From Halocafeteria seosinensis (taxonomy: Eukaryota), in NCBI GenBank assembly GCA_001687465.1, contig LVLI01000369.1, positions 1-64,000 of the forward strand: a DNA stretch of 64,000 nucleotides, given 5' to 3'. The notes beneath the pieces are model-generated. The model saw only the letters and a list, made by a program, of their open reading frames with translations, made no database searches and was not told the origin of the DNA. Position numbers and translations under genes: made by a program. Shown piece by piece: positions 1 through 10,927 of the stretch (position 1 is the first letter of the stretch; the number at the start of each line of letters is the position of its first letter).

Positions 1-360
1 CGGAATTGGCTGTCTTGTAAGCGGCAATCCTAGTCTCAATCTCACTCCTATCCTCCATTGCAAGTCAGAAAATCTCTTAACAGAAGAAGTAGGCAAAGCA
101 CGAAGCCAATCATGCGCTCCAACTTGCTGTGCAGCCTTCACTCTCTGCACTGGTATCTGCAGGGGAAACAAACTTACAGGGCAGGAGCAAGCTCCGCCAG
201 TTGCGCGGACAATGTCCGCCTGGTATTTGGAGACGGCACAAGTAAGCTGATTTACCAACCGGGCCGACCATCGAGAGGGGTTATGGACGAAGACAGCCGG
301 AGGGCGTTTCCCGGCTTTCAAAAGCGTTGTGAAGTTGTCCAACAGCCAAAAAATCCGGGC
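1..360 (-). mobile_element. RLE-type (CRE-like) non-LTR retrotransposon ORF fragment, runs off the window start
   Basis: The minus frame ending at base 1 is stop-free from 399. It reads ...QRVKAAQQVGAHDWLRALPTSSVKRFSDLQWRIGVRLRLGLPLTRQPIP, matching the GAxWLxAxP...RLRLGLP block that precedes the zinc knuckle in CRE-like elements. Absent from the ORF track because it has no stop in the window. Confidence 0.75.
348..353 (-). terminator. Putative RNA polymerase III terminator (T6)
   Basis: TTTTTT on the minus strand about 17 nt downstream of the tRNA-like discriminator base at 370. Confidence 0.45.
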
Positions 361-369
361 CGTTTGTGA

Positions 370-413
370 TGGTCGAGGTGGGTTCGAACCCACGCGTGCT
401 TACGCACATCATG
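370..413 (-). pseudogene. 3' half of a class II tRNA gene, probably tRNA-Leu (5' half missing)
   Basis: Minus strand reads CATGA-T-GTGC-GTAA-GCAC-GC-GTGGG-TTCGAA-CCCAC-CTCGACC-A. This gives a paired long variable arm, a perfect T stem with B-box (loop one nt short), a 7-nt acceptor strand and discriminator A (Leu-type). No D arm or anticodon upstream. Confidence 0.65.
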
Positions 414-877
414 CCGAAGAAGCTTGCGCTAGCCTGTCCCGGACGAAGTCATGCCTGCGGTTATGAGAATTTCGGAGGAAATTGTGGCCACAACGCAGGG
501 CATGACGACCAGTAGCATCTACCGGGTGTCCAGAGGAGCATGCTGTGCATCGACCTACTCCACCACTAGCTACCGGCAACACAAGTTGCAACCACCGATG
601 AGCCAATTAATAATAAGCCAAGTTGCTGTTAGCATGCATCAAGCCACAACTCAACCTTTCCCGAAGGTCGCAAACATATCCCACCGGATCAAAAATCCTT
701 GCGCCTGAAGATTTGAGATGAGGGGAGTACGAGTATCAGAGTCCTGTTCCACCAGCTTAACTAACGGAGTTCTGATGAGAGTCCGGTGTACTCTACGTAG
801 TATGGCCGCTCCACCCCTGCCTCCCATGCTGAGGCAACATACGCTGCGGTTGAGATAGAGGAGGCTTTAACCAGTCC
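409..877 (-). mobile_element. Degenerate RLE-type (CRE-like) non-LTR retrotransposon fragment
   Basis: 877-830 reads GLVKASSISTAAYVAS (RT-thumb GGLGL...AAYxAS motif). ORF 606-409 reads CTACSSGHPVDATGRHALRC (zinc knuckle) followed by RRHDFVRDRL (the RH helix at the start of the restriction-like endonuclease). Stops and deletions lie between them. Confidence 0.75.
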
Positions 878-1099
878 TGAAACTCTTTCGCTCCAAGCAG
901 CAAATGGGGTAAGTCCATTCCGCTATCAGATCCATAGTCGCACTTGGGTCTCCTTCACTGGGAATCGGTACTTCTATCTTTACTCACACACACATATGTG
1001 ACAGATAGCCCACCGGCCGAGGAGTTGACTGCATCCTCTTAACGAGGAGCTGTGTATGCGCCCGTGTTAAGCAGCGACGGACTCACTGTTCCTGCAGCC

Positions 1100-1290
1100 T
1101 TGCTGACATCTTTACTGGTAAGTTGCATGAACTCAGGCATCGCTGTAGCTCTCTCGCCACTGCGTGATGTCTCTCGGTTCTGCGTTTGACATTTCCACCT
1201 TCCCCGCGCCAGTTCTCTGACACCCAGTGGATGATTGCTGCGGAGGATCCTGCGGATGAAATGGAGACAGTACGCAGAGAGCGGACGGGA
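1100..1290 (-). mobile_element. Possible third decayed RLE retroelement fragment
   Basis: Across frameshifts: HPQDP..NHPLGC (knuckle-like), then RTERHHAVARELQRCL at 1181-1134 (RH-helix-like). Confidence 0.4.
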
Positions 1291-1533
1291 AAGCATGGGA
1301 AGTTCGACGACGGTGGTCACCGGATCGGTTATTGATCCGTAGCGTAGTAGTGTGCAGTTACTCTTGTAGCGTTATGTTGCCTTAAATTGGGGGTAGGCCT
1401 ATACTATACAGATGTCGTCGTCGTCCTAAAGTGTGCATGTTCAAAACTCCGAAAGCAAAAAGCGATGTACTACATAGGTGTAACTATACACTGGTAGGTG
1501 ATATAACGTATGAAGTCAACCTAACACACATTA

Positions 1534-4500
1534 TTATTCAGCTGATTTTCGCTCGACAAGTTTCTCTATCCTGTCTATACCCGCGTTAGCAGACTTGTCC
1601 CCCAACGATTTTGCCTTCTCGTAGTACCGTAGTGCCGCATCTAGATCCTTGCTTATCCTCCCGATACCAGTCTCATACAATTCAGCTACCTTGCGCAATG
1701 CATGTATGTGGCCGGAGTCGGCTGCTTTGCGGTAGTAATAAAACGATTTTTCAACATCTGTGGGAGCAACTTCCAGACCGGATTCATACAGCGTTCCGAG
1801 CTTACATTGGGCAGCACTATGCCCTGCGTTAGCGGCCTCCTTGTATAGCTCGAATGCCTTCTTTTCGTCTACAGGTATACCACTTCCATCTTCATACAGC
1901 CAAGCCAAATTGAACATGGCTTCGAGATGGCCACCGGTTGCCGCCTTCGAATAAAAGCGCGCGGCCTCTTCTTTATTACATTCTACTCCGTAACCTAATT
2001 CGCACATCAAACCTAGCTGGTATTGGGCCTCGGTGTGTCCGGCTTCCGCAGCCTTGCGACAGTAATCTACAGATCTGGCAAAATTGTCCTCCCTTCTTCT
2101 CCCCGATTCATCCATCAAGGCTAGTCGAAATAAAGCGTCCTTGTCACCTGTCTTCTCTGCAAGTTCTTTGTACGTATGCATAGCTTTTCGAGGATTTCGA
2201 AGCCTTTCATACATCGCGCCAACTCTTAGTAAACTCTCCGTTGAGCCGGCATCGACCATTTGCTGATAAAGATGCAAGGCCTTCCGGAGATCCGAAGGGT
2301 TCTTGGTATTTTCATACAGATGGGCTAGTTCCGTTGCACATCTGATATAGCCTTGCATGGCTTTCTGGATTTCTTCGTCCTTGGCGCGCAACTGACCGTC
2401 TACATCACTGTAACTATTCCTTACTTCCTCCGTTCTATTCTCAGACTCGCTAAGCTTGGCCCTTAGCGCGGAGCATTCATCCTCCTTATCTTTCTGAAAG
2501 GCGACGTAGTTCTGTTCTAGAGTCTTAAGCTGCTCCGTTTTATTTTCAGCTTCCTGTTGTAGTCTGTCCAATTCAGCTTGACTATTTCGCATCGCCTCAT
2601 TGTACTCCTCGATGACTTGTTCAGATTTCCCCCTTTCCTCCTCGTACTGTGCACGTACTCGCTCCAACTCATCACAGACGCTTTCGTATACTCTTTGTAA
2701 GTCTCCCTTCTCTGCCTCTATTTGCTCGATACTACTCCTGCTATTTCTCAACTCTGACTCCAATACTTGAATCCGATCCCTCAAGAGACTAACTTGCTCT
2801 TCGAGGCCTCCAATCTGTTCGTTTCCTTCAGCGATAGCAGATTCTTTTTGCTCCAGTTGCTCACGATTCTTCTGAAGCTCTGTTTCGAGAGACCGCACGA
2901 TTCTTTCCTTATCTTCGTACGAGCTTCTCCATTGTTTATCTAACTCATCTAACCTTGTTTGCAGTTCCTCAATTTCTTTTGATGCGGACGAATATTGCTC
3001 CAACGCATCATACTTCTGAGATACAGTTTGCCTCAAGCTATAATCTTGCTCGCTCACTTTGTTCTCTAAATTCTTAATCCTTTCCTCCTGCTCTGCCTTC
3101 TTCTCCTCTACTCTGAGTTTCTCCGAATGCAGGTCTTTAAGAGCCTTCTTTTTCTTTCTTAGTTGTTTGTCGAGACTGTCTACCTGGTTTTGCAGGTCAT
3201 CAATTTGCTCTTTATTTGACCTCAAATCTGAGTGCATCCTGTTCAGTGTCTCTTCGTACGCTGTTTTCCGCTCAAAGAGATCATCGTTTTCTTCCTCAGT
3301 TTCTCTTAGCTGAGACCTCAGGTTATCAACCTCATTCAGTTGGCCTTCAATGACTTGGTCCTGTTTCGCTGAACTAGAACGAATCTCCTCCAAAAGCATA
3401 CAGCTTCTTTCATACTTGTGCGATTTATTTGTGGAGAGCTCGTTTCGAAGCTGGTCCAATGTCGCGCGGAGCTGAGCGTTTTCGAGCCCACCGGAGACCT
3501 TCTGTTTTGTTTGACTGCTCAAGTCTTCGCTTTGCAAAGCCAGTCTCTCCATCAATTGGGTGTGGCTAAGTGTAAGCGCCTCTGCACTTTCCTTGTATAC
3601 AGCATACTCACGACTCAGGTTTGCAACTTGGCGTCTGAGCTTATTTCGCTGCTCCTCGACTGCTTCGTGATCGGCACTGAGCATCGTGAATCTTTCTCGC
3701 TCCTGTGACAGAGCCGCGCTGGTCTTCTCTAGCCGCTGCGGCATCAGTCCTTGCTTTTCTCGCTCATTATGTAGGTCATCCACTAACTCTCTAATCCTCA
3801 ACATGCAAGCGGAGCGATCCTCTTCAATAAAACTCGTTCTGCCCTCTTGCTTGACGATGTAGTCCTGTACGTCTCCGAGAGTGGTCCGCAAATCCTTAAT
3901 AAACTGTTGAAAATACTCTGATCGACACTGAGGGTCCCATAGTGAGAGGTTTATTTCGTTATTACCTCTAGGCAACACAAGGCAGCAATTGCGTTCCAGC
4001 TCGGCGGAGTAGTGGTCTAGCTCTCTGTACAATTCGTCGATAAATCGGCGTACCTGAACTTCGCTCTCATTAAGTCGACCACAGTGAGCTAGAATGTCTT
4101 CGTGAAGTAGCCCAGCTACTTCTTGGGTTTGGAAGTGCTTGTTCATATATTCTTCTCGTTGCTCTTGCGTCCGATGAAGCTTCTGTCGTGCTTCTAGCCA
4201 CAGGCTCTTCAGAGTTTCCTGTTCCTCGAGCTGCATGTGGCATCTTTCCTGGAGGCGGTTGTTGTCAAGCGTAAGTTTGTCTTGGGAGGATACCAAATTG
4301 CTAACTTCCGCATGTAGCCGATGGTTATCACCCTGCAATTCTTTTTTCTGCCAAGAAAGCGCATCCCTGTCTTCTTCGACTGTATATCGAGCTTCTACGG
4401 TTCCGCGCAGCTGGCTAGTCAGTTGCTGGTTTTCTTCCTCCAACTGCACTAGGTTTTCGCTCTTTTGGATGAGTACACACATCACCTTCTGCAATGCTGC

Positions 4501-7500
4501 TGGTAATTCCTCTTCTTTCACATTGCACTCCTTTAACAGATTTTCCGGAAGATTGAGCAAAATGGCGTAGCATTCCTGTAGGGGTTTGTTCCTGCAACGC
4601 TCGTGGCTGTAAAGATCCTCCAGTTGCAGTTGAGATCTTTCGCACAATAATTGTTCGTTCTGCTTCAACTTGTCTTCACGTGCTTCTGTCTGTTGCAACC
4701 ACTCCACAAGCTTACCGCGGTCAGTTCTTGACTCGGAAAGGAGCTTGTTGAACGCTTCTCTATCCGCTTCTGCAAGCTTCATCCTTTCGTTCTGAATAGA
4801 CACTATAGCAGCACTCTTCAAAGCTTGACCCCTCAGGTCTTCGCCGATTAGCGAAAGCCTTTCTTTAAGAGTCTCTTTTAACGTCTCGTTGTGAAGAAGA
4901 TCCTCCAACGCCAGACCCAAGGCCTCTGAATTTTGCCTCAGTTCAGCATTCTTCTCTTTCAAAGAATGCGTTTCACTGGTGAAGGTGTCCAATCGGGTTT
5001 GCTGCCTCGAGATTTCTTCGTTCAGCTGTTCTATCCGCTCCAAATACTCCTGGTTTTTATGCTGAGCAGCATCAGTAGTAATGTGGTTTGCTTCTAGCTT
5101 CTCTTGGGCTCTTATTTTTTCGTTTTGCAATTGAGTCAACTCCTCCGACTGCATACTACTTCTTTCAAAATATAGCGAAACATCATTTTTCGTCTGTCTC
5201 ACCTGCTGATCCAAAGTGTCGCATCTGTACCGGAATTCATACTTATCGGCGATAACTTGTTTCAAATTTTCCTCCTTTCTTTCCACTTTCTCAGTAAGGT
5301 GCCGAAGCTGATCATCAGCTTGTATTCTTCGCTGGCATTGCGCTTTTAGATCTTCCTCAAGGTGACTAACTACTTCTTCTACCCATGACCTTTCGCTCCT
5401 AACCTCGCTGAGAGTTTCTTGCATGAGTGCGAACCGCTCTTCTAATCTGTTCTTTTCTCGTTCCAATGCTTCGTAGCTTGCTTGCTGTGTATCAAAACTG
5501 CTGGAGACGTTACTATGATCCGTAATCAATTGCTGCTTTTCAGCCTTCTCACGCTTTAAATCGGAATGTAACTGTTCTCTCTCTTGGTTAAGCTTGTCGT
5601 TGGCCTGGCGAAGTTCAGTCGCCTGGTCTTTCTGCGTCGCTAATTCCTGCCGCAAGGAGTAATACATCCTCTTGAGCTGTATAATGTCTTCTGATTGCAT
5701 GGAAATTCTTTCACTGTTCGGGTTACTCGTAAGTTCCGATACAACTTCAATGTTTTCGATACTGTTGGAAACAAGAAGAGACAGATTGAACCCCTTTGGT
5801 GAAACCGTCTGCTCTGGCACGGCAGCAGTCACCCTTGTAAGAAATTGTGCAGCGACTGAGGAAGGTTCGCCATGTGAAAAGCCATCTTTAGCGACTCTCC
5901 ACGAGCCCATGTTTCTTAGGTCCTCTTCGAGCATGCATACTTGTTCCGTTAGTGTCCTACAACGTTCTCGGAAAAATACATGCTCAGGGCGTTCTCCGGT
6001 TGCTATTCTGGACTGCTCAGTTTCAATGTTAGCACATTCCCCAAACTGACGCGTAAGAAGATAGGGCTTAATATTGTTGCCGTCAGAGGAACTTATTAAT
6101 GGGTTCTTGTTGTCTGTTACCGGTAGAGTAAAGCACTCCTCAACAGTCCCTTGAGCCATGTTTCCGTTCAACTTCTCCTGCCACCTGCTGCGAAGATCTT
6201 CCATTTGCATCCATACTGCTTCACGCGTTGCATTTGCCAACTTGGCGTCTTCATAAATGCAAGCGTGCGTTTGCTCCTGCGGGTCTACCTTCAGTTGCGT
6301 TTTGGTCAGAGAGACGTCTCTACGCTCCTCATTCTGTGTTGCTACCATTCCAGTCCTTCCCACTTCCTGTTTGTGTCGTTTGTCGTCATTCAAACCGGTA
6401 AAACCAGGCGCGGGTTGACTAGCCGACAAATTGATTAGTTGTTGAACCGAATTAGCCAGCTTAGCATGAAAGTCTTCGATTATCATCTGCTGTTGTTCGT
6501 TGGCAGCTGCACGCTCAGGTCCGTCATGTTTCCGTGTTTCATCTTCTAAAGTAACTATCTCCGCTTGCAATGCTTCATTTTCGTCCAATAAAGATGAGAC
6601 CCGCCTGCTCATATTATCAAGCTCAGCCCGGTAGTAGCGGCGGCATTCATAAATCATGGAGCGCAAATCCTCTTGTTCCAATAACTGTCTTTCTCTCCTT
6701 GTCCGTTTATCCCATCCTGAGCGGCTACTATCGGACTTCTCCAGTTCTTCCCCTTGCTGGGCAGTTTGATCATTTTTTTTGGCTTCTACTTCAGTTCTGA
6801 CTCTCTCTTCTTGAGCCCGTATTTCGCCCCATGTTGGATTTAACCGCTCAACTATTCTAAGCGTGTAAGCACGAAAATCCTCAACTATCATCTGCTGCTG
6901 CTCAGTGACAACTCTCAAGTTAAAGGCTTTTGATTCTAAATCATCCGTACTACCCGTGTGCGACATCGAACCCACGGTTCCTTGTTCCACAAGAAATGTG
7001 TTATTGCGTAACGCTGTATTTTCCGACTCCAGAGACTCAATACGCTTACCCATCCTACCGACGTCATCTTCATGATGGATACGCCATTCATGAATGACAG
7101 AACGCCAATCTTCTTGTTCCAATGTCAGCCGTTCTATGCTTGTCCGTTCATCCTCAGAGTACTCTGTCGCTCTCTTTCTCAAGGAAAGTTCTTCGTCTTT
7201 CTCACCGAGGCGCGCTTCGAGATCCTCCATTCTTGTTTTGGTTGAACTTAGCTCATTTTTCAATTCTTCGAGAAGATATTGCTGATTGGAAATCTTATTC
7301 AGTAGCGATTCTCGAACTCGACGAGTGCACGCCTGCGCGTCTTCCTTTTCTAACTCTGTTCTTTCGATTAACAGCCTTGATTCCGAGTACTCTTGAGTCA
7401 AGTTCTCATTTGAGTCCGTCAGGCGGCGCACCTCAGTTTGCAGCTTGCTGATGTCGCTTTCCTTAGCCAAAACGTCTTCGTTCAACTGCTCCACTTGGTT

Positions 7501-10375
7501 TTTGGTAGACGACACTATGGTAGAAATTTCTTCCAGCTTGATCTCATACTGCCTGTTTTCATGTTCAAGTTCTACAATACGTCGGGAGAAGGATGTATCA
7601 CTGTCTTCCCACCTGCTGTAAAGTTCGTCTTGCTTGGTTATATATTCTGCTGCTATCGACAAGTAGTCTTCCTTCTGCATGCTCACTCGTTCATAACGCT
7701 TAGAAGCGTTGTCTAGCTTCGCATCAAGCACGGCCTGATCGCTTTCAAGACTACCCACACGAGCTTCGAGAGAAGCGTTGGACTCTTGCAACGTTTGATT
7801 AGTGTGAGTAAGCTGCGAATTCACGGAGCACTGTTCTGCAAGCTTCTTTTCAATCTTCGATTTCTCCATGGAAATATCCTGTAGCAATGCCTTCGCGGAC
7901 TTCGCATCGCTGTACCACTGCTCGAGCTCTTCCTGAAGCATATGAGGTCGCTCTCGACGAGCACCTTCTACAGACTCGATGTGAGTGAGCAATTTATAAA
8001 CCTGAGCCCTCAGCGACCTCGATTCTCGTTTTTCAACACGCAGTGCGGCATAGAGTCTCTCTAGGTGAGTGGTTGCAAGTTGATCCTTTTGTTCGCATTC
8101 ACTTAGCAAGTGCGATATTTCGTCAGCTACTCCCTTTCTTTCTCTTTCTAAGGACTGTTCAGCTCGTTCAACGTCGCGAATGTCTATGTCCTTCTCCTTG
8201 TTGCTTTGCTTGAGTTCTTCAATTTGGGCTTCTTGGCTTTTAACTCGAGCCTCAAATTCTTTCGACAAATTCCGCTCTTGCTCCAATAGATGCTCATAGT
8301 GCTCGACGTCTGCCTTATTTCGCTGCCGTTGCTGCTCCTGTGTGTCTGTCAGCAAAGATCTACACCGCTTTTCCTCAGTTCTTGACTCTATCCAAGCTCG
8401 TCGGAACCCATTCACATCTTCTTCTAAATGTGCAAGCTGCTCCTTGCATACGGAAAGACGAGCATTGCTTTCATTGAGTCGACTATCACGGTCTACAAAT
8501 GCATTGCGAAACCACTGTAAGCTTTCGCGCATCGATTCATTTTCCATCCCAGCATTCTGCAGCCGTTGAGCGGCACTGCTTTCCTGAGCAATCGCCTCAT
8601 CAAGTTGCTTGCTTTTTGACGTATTTTCCTCTCGGAGCTGCGATGCTTCGGATTCTAGTGCAGACAATTTTTCCTCAAGTTCAGTGACTTTCGCTTCTCG
8701 GGAATTCAACGTCTCGAGAAACGTGTCTTTCTCCATTATTGCATATCTGAGCTTCTCCTCTGTTTCTTCAAGCCGGTCATTCAACTTCTGTGTCTGAGCC
8801 GTTTGTTCAGTGAAACTGTCTTGAAAAACACCCAGGTCCTGAAGCAAGCGATCTTTCTCGTTCACTTTCGCCTGGAGTTCTGAAACGAAACTGGCTTGCT
8901 CAGTACACTTTTTCTCCAGGTCATCTTTCTCTGCCTCTAAACGACGCAAGGCCTCCTCCCTTTCTCCGAGATCGTGTTGCTCGTTTTCTAGTCTCCCCGT
9001 TTTGTCTGACTGCTCCAGGGAGGTGCTGTTTCGTGTTACCACATTGTTATCGCTGAAACCATTTGTTTGCTCTCGGAGGCTGCTAACTTCCTCCCGGTAA
9101 TTCTCTTTCTCCGATTCTACACGTTCCAGTTCTCTTTCAAGGCGTTTTACCTTCGCGAAATAGTCAGTATATTGGGTACTAGATTGTGACGAGGTAGCTG
9201 TATCAGATTCATGTTCCATCTGTTCGTCATTCTGGCGTGTGTGGCCCCGTAGCTTATGTACCTCGTGCTCATATTTCTCTTTCTCTGAAATCGTTTCCCG
9301 TAGCTCTTTCCTAATACTCTCGTTGCTTTTGTATAGCTCCTGTACTTCCTTCACGAAATTGCTATATTTCTGGGAAAGATTTTGTTTTTGATTGTATAGC
9401 TGTGAGATTCGTTCCTGAAAAGTCGTCTTCTCATCCTCTCTGACTTTCAGGAGGTTGTTGTAACGTTCTTCTGCACTCTTCAGCTTCTGCTCTAACTGTT
9501 TGTTCGCTGATTGAAGGTCCATAACCGAGCTCTGCAACCTATCATTGCTTTTCTCTAACGTAGATACTTTTTCTTTTTTTTCATCCAATTCCTGTTGAAG
9601 GGTGTCCATTTCCTGTTGATTCCGATGGAGATCATCTTGTAAGCGAGTGTTGACCTCATTAATCTTCTCGTATTTTCGTTCTAGTTCTTCTTTCTCCTTT
9701 TTGTTTCTCCTATAGAGCACATAGGCTTCTCCCGCGGACGATAAAGTAGTCGCTGTACATGGTGGGCTAACTAGAGCATCATCATTTCCTTTGGGATCCT
9801 CCACTTTGACGCGGAACTCGTACTTCTGGTCTGGCTCCAGTTGCGTGAACCTAAACTCTGCGCCATTCAAGATTCCACACTTCGAAATGCATACACACTC
9901 CCTATCTCCTACTTAATGCTTACCTGGATCCTCCCTGCATATGCCACCCTCAGCATCCTTCCACGAAGGTTTCAGTCGGTAGGACTTCGTCCACTGAAAC
10001 GTGTACTGTGCTCTCGGTAACTTCCTGCAACGGACCGTAATCGATGAGCCTAGTCTATCGAGCACTTCCGGTGGTGGAATCTTGCTCGGCCAGTAGGTGT
10101 TACTATTTTCATCTGAGCTATCTTCTTTCCTCGTTCGGTCCTGTATCAGGTAACAAATGCCCACCTGCACGACCCGCTTGCACCGACAAGTGTAAACTTA
10201 CTTCTGCAGATTGAACAGTTACTCTCTGTGTTTGAGCTCTTTGCAGTCTCTGCGAGCTAGATGGGCTTCGCGAAAGCGAAGAACGTTCGAAACTCCTGTT
10301 TTCATCGTGCTGTTGCTGCTGGGAGGCGGTCAGTGCTGGAGAGCTGCCGCTGCTGGGAAGTCTCTCCGAAGCCAT
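1534..10375 (-). CDS. Giant protein (~2900 aa): N-terminal fibronectin type III domain, ~2400-aa coiled coil, C-terminal Sel1-like repeats; 3 exons
   Basis: ATG at 10375 (MASERLP). GTAAG donors near 10201 and 9923. FN3 motif PPP...SSITV...YTFQW...FRFTQLEPDQKYEFRVKV. Heptad-rich body. Sel1 repeats such as AAEAGHTEAQYQLGLMCELGYGV and AATGGHLEAMFNLAWLYEDGSG. Confidence 0.85.
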
Positions 10376-10927
10376 TGTCGTTGCTGACAACACGATGCAC
10401 CGATTTCTGATCTATTCGATTTCCGTGCCCCTGCCAGCAAGCTAATAAAAGCAGGGATTCCTGAGGTAATATTCGTGGAAGGAATTGCGCTTTCCCCCCC
10501 CGCCAGTCCACTTGGCAGCAATGATTCCCTGCGTATACACACACACACCCCTTGGATTGTTGCAATATCTGAGAAGTCTCGCTGATATGCATACGAGTAT
10601 GCAGAACAAATCCTGCAGGGCGCTTGTCAATTTGTAGAGCGAGGAAACTTGATGATAAAAGACCACCAAGTTTACCGTTGCGCTGCGACCTCGGTCACGT
10701 CGCAAGCAACCAGCCGAGTCAACAACCTACGTCGACGACGGACTGACCCACCGACAGGGAGCCCGAAATAACTGGCAAACTCGGGCCGTTTTGTTACCAG
10801 TGATATCGGGAGTGCACGAGAAGCACAGGGCCAAGTAAACATGGAATCGCTAATTAACCATCAGTTACTGTCTGAAACACTGCTGATACAACTGGCCTCA
10901 CCATGAGCACGAAACGTGTATTTTCAG

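Noticed and set aside
58..708. Plus-strand ORFs 58-369 and 451-708
   Set aside because: No recognisable motifs; they are antisense to the retroelement fragments and tRNA half that explain the region.
984..995. Short (CA)n run (another near 10537-10548)
   Set aside because: Ordinary microsatellites too short to be informative.
10141..10201. Apparent 37-nt mini-intron in the coiled-coil gene
   Set aside because: A second in-frame acceptor (GATACAG) gives 61 nt, matching the usual intron size; no need to invoke an unusual intron.
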